Origin: Dehalococcoidia bacterium
GTDB lineage: Bacteria; Chloroflexota; Dehalococcoidia; GIF9; UBA5629
NCBI GenBank assembly: GCA_050011565.1
Contig: JBEKIW010000005.1
Location: 32,001 to 96,000, forward strand
Length of the DNA stretch: 64,000 nt
Reading direction: 5' to 3'
Made by a program: the position numbers and the translations under genes. Position 1 is the first letter of the stretch. Each line of letters opens with the position of its first letter. Below the pieces are notes generated by a model, which ran no database searches, was not told where the DNA came from, and worked only from the letters and a program-made list of their open reading frames with translations. Below, piece after piece: positions 1-7,901 of this stretch.

Positions 1-135
1 TATTATCTGTGGCACATCAGGATTATTCCGCGGCTCACAGAGGTAGCTGGATTTGAGATTGGGACCGGCATCTATATAAACACCGCATTAACCGAGGAAA
101 CGGCTCAGTTCATGCGAGAATTCAAAGCTGAATAG
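1..135 (+). CDS. galT: Galactose-1-phosphate uridylyltransferase, C-terminal end (partial)
   Basis: Manual translation of frame 1: YYLWHIRIIPRLTEVAGFEIGTGIYINTALTEETAQFMREFKAE*, matching the WH..I.PRL...AGFE.GTG..IN C-terminal GalT motif. Confidence 0.8.
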   Translation, partial: YYLWHIRIIPRLTEVAGFEIGTGIYINTALTEETAQFMREFKAE

Positions 136-171
136 TGTAGACTCTTATCAGCACTTTACAGCCAGGTAAAG

Positions 172-1581
172 TCAGCTAAGGTAGTCGACGAACTGGCGAC
201 TGAGCTTCGGATGGCGCAGTTTGGCCAGTGCTTCTTTCTCTAGTTGTCGTATCCGCTCCCTGGTAAGACCCAATTCGACGCCGACCTCCTCCAGAGTCCG
301 GCAATACCCATTGTCCAGACCAAATCTCATCTCAATGATGCGACGTTCACGTGCTGGCAGCGACTCAAGGGTTTTGCCTAGCTGGTCTCGCAGTAAGCCA
401 GTGGTAGCTTCTTCAGCAGGTTTAGGTACAACGTGGTCTTCGACGAAATCGCTAAGCTGCCCGCCTTCGTCACCTATCGGTGTTTCAAGAGAAATGGGTT
501 TACTGGCATTCACCTTCTGCAGCCATTCCAACTTTTCAGGTGAAATATGCATTTCAGCGGCCAATTCCTTGGTTGTCGGCTGGCGCCCGAATCTTTGATA
601 TAACCTCTGGCGTGACTGTACCAGTCTTGTCATATTATCCGCCATATGTATTGGCAGCCGTACGGTGCGTACCTGGTCAGAAATAGCCCGCCCGACCGCC
701 TGTCGAATCCACCAATGCGCATAAGTACTGAACTTGCAACCTCTTCGATGGTCGAACTTCTCCACAGCCCTCATTAGCCCGATATTGCCCTCTTGGACCA
801 GGTCGCCTAGAGGCATACCATAACCCTTATATTTTTTGGCTACGCTAACCACCAGGCGCAGATTGGATTGAGTCAGCTGTCGTGTAGCCTCTTGCGACTT
901 TTGCCTTATTTGTTCAAAATGAAGGGCAATCTTCGGACGAAGCTTGCCCAGTTTGTTCTGGAATTTGGTAGAATTCACCACCCGTCCCAGCTCAGTAATT
1001 GAGCTGCACGTAGCCCAACCGCGTACTATATTCCAAGGTATTAGACGAGTAACAACTGACAATTCAGTCAAGTCATGTAAGGCCTTAACCTCATTGCTGC
1101 CCGTGGCACGCGATATCGCGTCCAACAAGTGCTCATCTATTTTGCCGTCGATAGCACCGCGCAGTTTAGAGTTCAATGCTGTTTTTTGTATTCCCTCATT
1201 TAGCCGAAGCTTAAGATACCCGGATACCTTCCTTAAAAGCGAGCCTGTTCGGCACAAGCGCCTCATCAGTTCAAGCAAAAGGTCAGTTTCTGATGGTGGG
1301 TAACCGTTTTTGGCCTCCAATTCCTGGTCAATCTCAGATAGATATCTGCCGTCTTCTATTGAACTGCCAAGCGTCTTTTCCTCATTCGCGGTCAGAAGTC
1401 GCGTCCTACGACATTCCAGTAAATATAAGTCCATGGAATCCCCGATGGGTTCAACATCCCCACCGGTTGGGACGCTCTTGCCCCCGGGGAATTCGCCTTC
1501 TTCACCAATTCCCTCGTCAAGTATATATAACTCCTCGCCAGCGAGGAGTTGCTCTATATTATCTGCACTTTTTAAAACCAT
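172..1581 (-). CDS. RpoD/SigA-like sigma-70 factor
   Basis: Region 2 NLRLVVSVAKKY...DLVQEGNIGLMRAVEKFD...KFSTYAHWWIRQ; region 4 TLEEVG...TRERIRQLE; long insert after region 1.2. Confidence 0.93.
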   Translation of the reverse strand: MVLKSADNIEQLLAGEELYILDEGIGEEGEFPGGKSVPTGGDVEPIGDSMDLYLLECRRTRLLTANEEKTLGSSIEDGRYLSEIDQELEAKNGYPPSETDLLLELMRRLCRTGSLLRKVSGYLKLRLNEGIQKTALNSKLRGAIDGKIDEHLLDAISRATGSNEVKALHDLTELSVVTRLIPWNIVRGWATCSSITELGRVVNSTKFQNKLGKLRPKIALHFEQIRQKSQEATRQLTQSNLRLVVSVAKKYKGYGMPLGDLVQEGNIGLMRAVEKFDHRRGCKFSTYAHWWIRQAVGRAISDQVRTVRLPIHMADNMTRLVQSRQRLYQRFGRQPTTKELAAEMHISPEKLEWLQKVNASKPISLETPIGDEGGQLSDFVEDHVVPKPAEEATTGLLRDQLGKTLESLPARERRIIEMRFGLDNGYCRTLEEVGVELGLTRERIRQLEKEALAKLRHPKLSRQFVDYLS

Positions 1582-1612
1582 TCTTCACTTCCTAACGTTG
1601 TACAAAATACAC

Positions 1613-1653
1613 CTTACTGGTATCCAGATTAAGCTCTCCGGATACCCAGCAAG
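1613..1653 (-). promoter_or_regulatory. Hairpin in the nifU-sigma intergenic region (5' leader or terminator)
   Basis: Minus strand CTTGCTGGGTATCCGGA-gagcttaa-TCTGGATACCAGTAAG; both mismatches are G-U pairs only on the minus strand. Confidence 0.5.
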
Positions 1654-1691
1654 ACGTAAAAATCAAGGCAACCCGATTATCCGAGGGCCGT

Positions 1692-1910
1692 TTAAACAGC
1701 GACTACCTCTTTAACCTCGGGTACCCTCTCCTTAAGCACTCGTTCCACCCCATGCTTAAGCGTCATGGCGGCCATCGGACAACCGCCGCAGGCACCGGTC
1801 AATCTCACTTTGACTATGCCATCGGTGGCATCCACAAGCTCCACGTCACCGCCGTCTCTTACCAGATTCGGCCTTATTTGATTCAAAACTTCTTCTATTT
1901 TCTCTCGCAT
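1692..1910 (-). CDS. NifU/Nfu-family Fe-S carrier protein
   Basis: [12 protein letters not shown]...[11 protein letters not shown] motif. Confidence 0.93.
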   Translation of the reverse strand: MREKIEEVLNQIRPNLVRDGGDVELVDATDGIVKVRLTGACGGCPMAAMTLKHGVERVLKERVPEVKEVVAV

Positions 1911-1958
1911 TATATATCTCCTTTATTAATTTTTGATTAACTCTTTTTGAGCAAATGA

Positions 1959-2001
1959 ATTCTAATTTATGAAATAAAAATTGTATGCGACTTTTATCGC
2001 A
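1959..2001 (-). promoter_or_regulatory. Crp/Fnr-type box with -10 element (nifU promoter)
   Basis: TGCGA-CTTTTA-TCGCA at 1986-2001; minus-strand TAGAAT at 1959-1964, 21 bp away. Confidence 0.75.
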
Positions 2002-2069
2002 TCGGACAACAAGTAATGACAATTCGCGGGAACATTTATGATGTGTTTCGGCGGATAAATGAAGACGAA

Positions 2070-2879
2070 TCAGGCTACCGGTTGGGCGATAATATTATTT
2101 CTGGCCCTTCTCCATAAGTAGAAAAACAATGCTAACGATGCAATTAAAGCGACTATCGCCAGCAGCTGCGCCTGCTGTAGTCCCCAAAACAGGACCTTTT
2201 CCTGGCGCACAAAAGTAAGTGCAAATCGTCCTACGGAATACAAAGAAAGGTAAGACAAAAATACCAGGCCGTCTGTCTTGAAATAGCGCTCAAGCCGCAA
2301 AATCACCGCCAGCGAAATTGCGTTCCACACTATCTCATATACCGGATAGGGATGTGTAGGCACGCCTAAGAGATTGGCCGGAATAAGAGCATTAGGATTT
2401 GTGTAAATGAATGCCCACGGCAGATTCGTAACCCCTCCGTAAGCATCCCCATTTATAATGCAGCCAAACCTGCCTATGATTTGGGCTACCAGCAGCGCCG
2501 GTACCAACGTGTCAACCAGCCGGCCCAACGGAATATGTCTTACCCTGGCAAAGACAACACCGGCTATGCCGCCACCGGCTAAGCCACCCCAGATAGCCAG
2601 ACCACCCTGTTGAAACGCTATTATCTGAAGCGGATTAGCCATGTAGTATCCAAAATTGTCTACTACATGGAACAGTCTGGCGCCCACCAGTCCGCCGATG
2701 AGCACCCAGGGAGCCAGAAAATATATTTCATCGGCGGGAATGCCTTTTTTCTCGCCCCGGCGAGCTCCGATTATCACTGCGGCAACCACCGCCAGTGCTA
2801 TCGCAACGCCATACCACCTGAGCTCAAAACCGCCGATGTGTAGGATTATCGGGTTTATGTTGATGACAATGCCATTCAT
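2070..2879 (-). CDS. lgt: Prolipoprotein diacylglyceryl transferase
   Basis: LRWYG, GARLFHV, GGLAIWGG, GRFGCIINGDAYG and HPYPVYE motifs; multi-TM. Confidence 0.92.
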   Translation of the reverse strand: MNGIVININPIILHIGGFELRWYGVAIALAVVAAVIIGARRGEKKGIPADEIYFLAPWVLIGGLVGARLFHVVDNFGYYMANPLQIIAFQQGGLAIWGGLAGGGIAGVVFARVRHIPLGRLVDTLVPALLVAQIIGRFGCIINGDAYGGVTNLPWAFIYTNPNALIPANLLGVPTHPYPVYEIVWNAISLAVILRLERYFKTDGLVFLSYLSLYSVGRFALTFVRQEKVLFWGLQQAQLLAIVALIASLALFFYLWRRARNNIIAQPVA

Positions 2880-2896
2880 TCTCAGTCATCCTACGC

Positions 2897-3241
2897 TCAT
2901 AATAGATCTCGCTTCTTCTCTTCGTACTCCTTCTTCTTTATCTCACCCTGAGCGTATCGTCGCTTGAGCACTTCCAGGTCTGATTCTGTTGTTGACGTGT
3001 CACAACGCCCGCGACCACTCGCGCTTCGGACCGTAGCCACGATTCCCCAGATAACGAGCCCCCAGAAAACGATCACCAATAAAGGCAACCATCCCCAGCC
3101 GAATCCACCCATCATACCCGGTCCCATCATACCCCAACCGCCTCTCCACCCTGAAAACCCTCCCCAAACCAGGGGAAGAATTATCAGAATTGCCAGGACA
3201 ACGCCGCCAACAATAAGAGCTATTCTCAGACCTCTACTCAT
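2897..3241 (-). CDS. SHOCT-domain membrane protein
   Basis: Gly/Met-rich TM region followed by LEVLKRRYAQGEIKKKEYEEKKRDL. Confidence 0.85.
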   Translation of the reverse strand: MSRGLRIALIVGGVVLAILIILPLVWGGFSGWRGGWGMMGPGMMGGFGWGWLPLLVIVFWGLVIWGIVATVRSASGRGRCDTSTTESDLEVLKRRYAQGEIKKKEYEEKKRDLL

Positions 3242-3272
3242 TAATTAACCTCCAAGTGTTTTTTATAGTAAA

Positions 3273-3315
3273 ATTTTAGCTAAAAATGAAATAGTTTTAT
3301 GCGACTTTTATCTCA
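3273..3315 (-). promoter_or_regulatory. Crp/Fnr-type box with -10 element (SHOCT-lgt promoter)
   Basis: TGCGA-CTTTTA-TCTCA at 3300-3315; minus-strand TAAAAT at 3273-3278, 21 bp away. Confidence 0.75.
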
Positions 3316-3374
3316 TTGTGGGCAAAATCGAGGAAAAAGCGGTGGGATATTTATGAACAGCGCCTTGCCGGTTC

Positions 3375-3581
3375 TTAGGCTAAGTCAATAATTATTTCGA
3401 AGGGGCAGCTTAAAGCTCCTGTGATGCAAACGATTTCGCACTCGGTACACCAATCGCATTCTTCTGTGGGATTGACAGTTACGATATCGCCCACCAGTAC
3501 CAGGGCGTCATAGTGGCATACGTCAACGCACAACCCGCACCCGTTGCACTTCTCGGGGTCTATTACCGGCATTTCAATCAT
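3375..3581 (-). CDS. 2x[4Fe-4S] ferredoxin
   Basis: CNGCGLCVDVC and CDWCTECEIVC motifs. Confidence 0.92.
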   Translation of the reverse strand: MIEMPVIDPEKCNGCGLCVDVCHYDALVLVGDIVTVNPTEECDWCTECEIVCITGALSCPFEIIIDLA

Positions 3582-3593
3582 TTGCTAACATCC

Positions 3594-3637
3594 ATCTTAC
3601 GACACATCTCTATCATCTGTATGTGACCTTTATCTCA
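3594..3637 (-). promoter_or_regulatory. Crp/Fnr-type box with -10 element (ferredoxin promoter)
   Basis: TGTGA-CCTTTA-TCTCA at 3622-3637, overlapping the crp stop codon; minus-strand TAAGAT at 3594-3599. Confidence 0.7.
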
Positions 3638-4306
3638 CGAAGGCGTTTCTATTATCTTTTTCAAGGCTTCTCTATCGGCAATTATAATGCGATGGTGGTC
3701 CAGCTTGATGGCTCCTTCCTGCTCAAGGACTTTAAGCGACCTGCCGACTACCTCCCGGACAGTCCCTGCCATAGCCGCCATTTCCTGCTGTGTCAGCCGC
3801 TGCCCCGTTTCAGTTCCGGCACCGGCATACTGAAGAAGTATCTTGGCAATCCTGCCGATAACATGTTTGAAAGATAAGTCCTCTACCAATGATACAAGGT
3901 AACGCACTCTATTTGCCAGCACTCTGGTTACGTTGGTAGCCACCTGTGGATAGTCCCGAATAATAGCCTCCAGGTTGGTCTTTCTTACGCCGTAAACGAC
4001 AACGGGCCCCATGGCTTGAGCTGCAGCCAGACTAGGGCCGCCGTCAAAAACCGCGACGTCATTAATAGAGTCGCCGGGGCGTGCAATCCCTAGAATCTGC
4101 TCTTTTCCCTCGGCGGATGTCTTAAATATCTTCACCGCACCCGAGGCGACAAAATATAGCACTTCATCCGATTCTCCCTCAAGCAGGAATATCTCTCCTC
4201 TGTCAACCTTTTTTTCAAAGGTGAGTTTCGCTATTGAATCGATAGCAGCAGAACTGAGACCGGAAAAGTACGGACTGCTCTTTAGAAAATCTACCTGAAT
4301 TGCCAT
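3635..4306 (-). CDS. Crp/Fnr-family transcriptional regulator
   Basis: cNMP-binding fold (LYFVASGAVKIFK...GKEQIL) and HTH LTQQEMAAMAGTVREVVGRSL. Confidence 0.95.
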   Translation of the reverse strand: MAIQVDFLKSSPYFSGLSSAAIDSIAKLTFEKKVDRGEIFLLEGESDEVLYFVASGAVKIFKTSAEGKEQILGIARPGDSINDVAVFDGGPSLAAAQAMGPVVVYGVRKTNLEAIIRDYPQVATNVTRVLANRVRYLVSLVEDLSFKHVIGRIAKILLQYAGAGTETGQRLTQQEMAAMAGTVREVVGRSLKVLEQEGAIKLDHHRIIIADREALKKIIETPS

Positions 4307-4402
4307 AGAAGCTTACTTTCTATTTTGATACATATGTATCCCAAGCATTACCTACCACATTTTGAAACAGGCTCCTCGGAAGATAACCAGTATAGCTAGA
4401 AC

Positions 4403-4876
4403 TCAGAGTTGCTTCAAGAAGCTGATGATTTCCTGAATATCCGGAAGCTGGCTTATTTCATATACCTTGAAGAATACAACCTTGCCTGCCTCATCCACGA
4501 TGATGTTCGCCCTTTCCGATATGCCTTCTTTCTCCCTGAATATACCGTAGAGCTTGGCAACGGCTCCGTGGGGCCAGAAATCAGCTAACAGCCGCGTGCT
4601 CGTAATTCCCAGCTCTTTAGCCCAGGCTTTTTTTGATGGTACCGTGTCAACGCTTACGCCCACGGCAAGCGTGTTCAATGATTCGAAGACATCTTTATTC
4701 TCTTCTAAAGATTGCATTTGCTGGGCACAGACTCGCGTCCAGGCCAACGGATGAAAAGAAAGCAGTATCCTTTTACCTCTGAAATCTGATAGCTTGAACT
4801 CTTTGCCGCTCTGGTCTCTTAAGACAAAGTCAGGTGCCACATCTCCCTTTTTTAGCTGGTTCTTATTTTCTGCCAT
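4403..4876 (-). CDS. Peroxiredoxin (AhpC/TSA family)
   Basis: GDVAPDF.L.DQ, HPLAWTRVC peroxidatic motif, DFWPHG, ERA. Confidence 0.9.
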   Translation of the reverse strand: MAENKNQLKKGDVAPDFVLRDQSGKEFKLSDFRGKRILLSFHPLAWTRVCAQQMQSLEENKDVFESLNTLAVGVSVDTVPSKKAWAKELGITSTRLLADFWPHGAVAKLYGIFREKEGISERANIIVDEAGKVVFFKVYEISQLPDIQEIISFLKQL

Positions 4877-4911
4877 ATACTGCCTCCGAAAGATATTTAT
4901 TTTTGGTATAT

Positions 4912-5970
4912 CTAGACTGTCTGCCCCGGAACTTCTACAGGCGTTACCGATTTCTCAAGCCTGGTCGTCCATCCCCTCAATAAAACAATGTTCACGCTTT
5001 TCCCGATAACATCCCTGGTGAGGATTCGATGAATATCATCAACGCCAGATACCGCATCCTGACCCAGCGATATGATTATGTCACCTTCCTTTAAACCTGC
5101 CATATCGGCAGGGCTGCCTGGAGCTACACCCATCACGTAGGCTCCGGTATTATGCTCTAGGCTGAAATACCTCACCACCTGGACAGGCAGCGGCACTGTC
5201 TGCCCCGAAATGCCGAGATAGCCTCTGGTCACTTTCCCTTCTCTGATAAGCAAACTGACCACCCAACGCACAGTGTTTACAGGGATAGCGAAGCAGATGC
5301 CCTGCGCAAATTGGATAATGGCAGTGTTTATACCCACTACTGCCCCACGAGAGTCCACCAGAGGTCCGCCGCTGTTGCCGGGATTTAAGGCGGCGTCAGT
5401 TTGTATGATGTTCTCGATGAGCCTGCCGCTCTGGCTGCGTAACGAACGTCCCAGAGCGCTAATCACACCGGTAGTAACGGTGCTCTGAAAACCCAGCGGG
5501 TTGCCGATGGCGATAACAAGCTGACCCACACGCAGCTTATCTGAATCGCCCAGACGAGCTATGGGCAACCCGGAAGCCGGTACTACCAGCGTGGCCAGGT
5601 CCGTCGCCGAGTCCTGGCCGACGAGTTTGGCAGTGTAGCTGGTGCCATCGGCCAGCCCAACTTCTATAGTTCTGGCCCCTTCAACGACATGGCTGTTGGT
5701 AATAATATAACCATCAGGGGTTATTATCACACCCGAGGCGCTTCCTTCCATCTCCTGGGGCGCTGCTCGATGGCGCGCTGGAACTTTCCTTTTGACACGA
5801 ATATTGACCACAGCCGGACCCACCGCACTGACTACGTTAGTTACAGCCTGTGAATAGGCATCCAGCAGGTCGGCTCCCGCCTCAACCTCCGGTAGCTGTT
5901 TCGCCTCTGCTTCAGCAGACGTTGCCGAATCTAAAAATTTGAGAAAGAAATCCGATGAATCTCGGGGCAT
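4912..5970 (-). CDS. HtrA/DegP-like serine protease with PDZ domain
   Basis: TNSHVV, TDLA and IQTDAALNPGNSGGPL catalytic motifs; C-terminal PDZ; start set at ATG 5970 after GGAGG. Confidence 0.93.
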   Translation of the reverse strand: MPRDSSDFFLKFLDSATSAEAEAKQLPEVEAGADLLDAYSQAVTNVVSAVGPAVVNIRVKRKVPARHRAAPQEMEGSASGVIITPDGYIITNSHVVEGARTIEVGLADGTSYTAKLVGQDSATDLATLVVPASGLPIARLGDSDKLRVGQLVIAIGNPLGFQSTVTTGVISALGRSLRSQSGRLIENIIQTDAALNPGNSGGPLVDSRGAVVGINTAIIQFAQGICFAIPVNTVRWVVSLLIREGKVTRGYLGISGQTVPLPVQVVRYFSLEHNTGAYVMGVAPGSPADMAGLKEGDIIISLGQDAVSGVDDIHRILTRDVIGKSVNIVLLRGWTTRLEKSVTPVEVPGQTV

Positions 5971-6120
5971 AGTTTGCAAAACCTCCAAATATAATCTTAA
6001 TCCGAAAAGGTTCAACGCGCAACAGTGCAGTTATTGAATTAGACGTACCCTGCCAAAGTAGCAAACTCAGACAGGCCTTGCTAAAATAAAATAAATACTA
6101 ATTATAGGAGGTATAAGACA

Positions 6121-6357
6121 ATGATGGGGTGGCCCTGGTATGATTTAGGCTGGTGGGGTATGGGTCTGGGCATGCTGATTATGATTATTTTCTGGGCCGG
6201 GCTGATTGCCCTGATAGTCTGGATTATAGTCAAAGTAGTGCGTTCCGGGCAGAAGCCGTCGTCAGGAACAGCGCTGGAAATAGCCAAGACTCGCTACGCC
6301 AAGGGTGAAATTACCAAGAAGGAGTTCGAGCAGCTCAAGAAAGACCTAGGCGAGTAG
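6121..6357 (+). CDS. SHOCT-domain membrane protein
   Basis: AGGAGG RBS; TM helix then [26 protein letters not shown]. Confidence 0.85.
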   Translation: MMGWPWYDLGWWGMGLGMLIMIIFWAGLIALIVWIIVKVVRSGQKPSSGTALEIAKTRYAKGEITKKEFEQLKKDLGE

Positions 6358-6465
6358 TAACGGGACAACAGGCATCCGGCGTTTCATTTAATCCACTCAA
6401 TATGGGTATTAGCTGCATCGTTCCTTCTTTTGCGGCCTTTTTTTAGCCAGAGAAAGGAGGAGAAA

Positions 6466-7053
6466 ATGGTCAAGTTCAATGGAGTGAATCATCTAGCGAT
6501 GGCTACAGGTGATATGGACACCACCATCCGTTTCTGGCGAGACTTGCTCGGCATGAGGCTGGTCGCCGGACTGGGCGCACCCGGATACAGACATTATTTC
6601 TTCCAAATCTCGCCCTACGACCTCATTGCCTTCTTTGAATGGCCCGGAGTGATACCCGTGGCGCCGAAAGAGCACGGCCGACCGGTTAAGGGGCCATATA
6701 TTTTCGACCACGTTTCTTTTGGCGTGGAGACCGAGGACGACCTCTGGGAACTAAAGGACAAACTGGAAGCGGCCGGCTTTGACGTATCAGACGTAATCAA
6801 TCACGGCTTCATTCATTCTATCTATGCTTATGACCCGAACGGTATTCCCATCGAGTTCTCCCACAACGTGCCGGGAGTCGATATCCGGAAAGAGCCTCAA
6901 ATGAGAGACCGGGTACCGTCCAAAGTAACTTTGGAGGGAGCAGAACCCAGAACCGAACAATGGCCGAAGGTTAAAAAACTAACTCCAGCGTCGAAGCGAA
7001 TCGTATATCCGGGCGCCGGCAGTGAACTGTTTCACGGCAAGAAACAGTCGTAG
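6466..7053 (+). CDS. VOC/glyoxalase family protein
   Basis: GVNHLAM...FWRDLLGM, DHVSFGV, SIYAYDPNGIPIEF; AAGGAGG RBS before ATG 6466. Confidence 0.9.
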   Translation: MVKFNGVNHLAMATGDMDTTIRFWRDLLGMRLVAGLGAPGYRHYFFQISPYDLIAFFEWPGVIPVAPKEHGRPVKGPYIFDHVSFGVETEDDLWELKDKLEAAGFDVSDVINHGFIHSIYAYDPNGIPIEFSHNVPGVDIRKEPQMRDRVPSKVTLEGAEPRTEQWPKVKKLTPASKRIVYPGAGSELFHGKKQS

Positions 7054-7062
7054 ACAAGGGGA

Positions 7063-7091
7063 TTGACGCCAAACGGGGCGGATGCTATGCT
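7063..7091 (+). promoter_or_regulatory. Sigma-70 promoter of the tRNA cluster
   Basis: TTGACG-17 bp-TATGCT with extended TG. Confidence 0.6.
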
Positions 7092-7114
7092 ATTCGCTGG
7101 TTTTATTACCGAAT

Positions 7115-7202
7115 GCCGAGGTGGTGGAACCTGGTAGACACGCCATCTTGAGGGGGTGGTGGGCGCAAGCCCGTAGGAGTTCAAATCTCCTCCTCGGCAC
7201 CA
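7115..7202 (+). tRNA. tRNA-Leu(GAG)
   Basis: Cloverleaf GCCGAGG...CCTCGGC-ACCA, anticodon loop TTGAGGG, long variable arm, GTTCAAATC T-loop. Confidence 0.95.
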
Positions 7203-7226
7203 TTTTTGATATAATGGAGCATCGTC

Positions 7227-7282
7227 ATGTAGCGGCGAGGCTTTAGCCTCGCCGATGCGACCTTAAAAGGTCGCAACTACAT
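7227..7282. repeat. GTAG-type REP-like double-hairpin element
   Basis: ATGTAG-CGGCGAGGC-TTTA-GCCTCGCCG-AT-GCGACCTT-AA-AAGGTCGC-AA-CTACAT. Confidence 0.7.
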
Positions 7283-7326
7283 TAAAAAATAAATTATTGA
7301 CACAGCCTTTAATATAGTAAAAACGT

Positions 7327-7401
7327 GCGGAAGTAGTTCAGCGGTAGAACGCCTCCTTGCCAAGGAGGAAGTCGCGAGTTCGAATCTCGTCTTCCGCTCC
7401 A
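7327..7401 (+). tRNA. tRNA-Gly(GCC)
   Basis: GCGGAAG...CTTCCGC-TCCA; anticodon loop TTGCCAA. Confidence 0.96.
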
Positions 7402-7412
7402 TATAATTTTAG

Positions 7413-7488
7413 GGCGGCGTAGCCAAGTGGTTAAGGCGGGGGTCTGCAAAACCCCTATTCAGCGGTTCAACTCCGCTCGCCGCCTCCA
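7413..7488 (+). tRNA. tRNA-Cys(GCA)
   Basis: GGCGGCG...CGCCGCC-TCCA; anticodon loop CTGCAAA. Confidence 0.95.
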
Positions 7489-7494
7489 CTTCTT

Positions 7495-7577
7495 GCCGAG
7501 GTGGCGGAATGGCAGACGCGGCGGACTTAAAATCCGCTCTCCGCAAGGAGGTGTGGGTTCGAGTCCCTCCCTCGGCA
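7495..7577 (+). tRNA. tRNA-Leu(TAA), CCA not encoded
   Basis: GCCGAGG...CCTCGGC-A; anticodon loop CTTAAAA; long variable arm. Confidence 0.95.
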
Positions 7578-7634
7578 CTTTTACCATACTGGACACCGTG
7601 CATCTCTTCATACTAAGAAGGCACGCAGAAGGGT

Positions 7635-7862
7635 ATGATGAAAAAATGGAGTCTCACCCTAAAGGTCTTCGTAATAGTAGCTGCAACTTGCCTTTTGTAT
7701 GTTCTTATAGCCAGCATTGTAAGGGTCTCCATCGGGCAAATTTCCATCCTGAGGGCTGTCATACGTCTCATCATTTTCGGACTAATCGGTGGCTCCATAG
7801 TAGGAGGCATCGCCGCCGGCATCACGGCACTTATAATAGCTATCAAGAAGCTGGGCGAATGA
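7635..7862 (+). CDS. Small hypothetical two-TM membrane protein
   Basis: 75-aa ORF with two hydrophobic segments, inside the islet. Confidence 0.6.
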   Translation: MMKKWSLTLKVFVIVAATCLLYVLIASIVRVSIGQISILRAVIRLIIFGLIGGSIVGGIAAGITALIIAIKKLGE

Positions 7863-7901
7863 AATTTACATCAATCAAAATTCGAGTAGGAGGAGGTTAT
7901 T

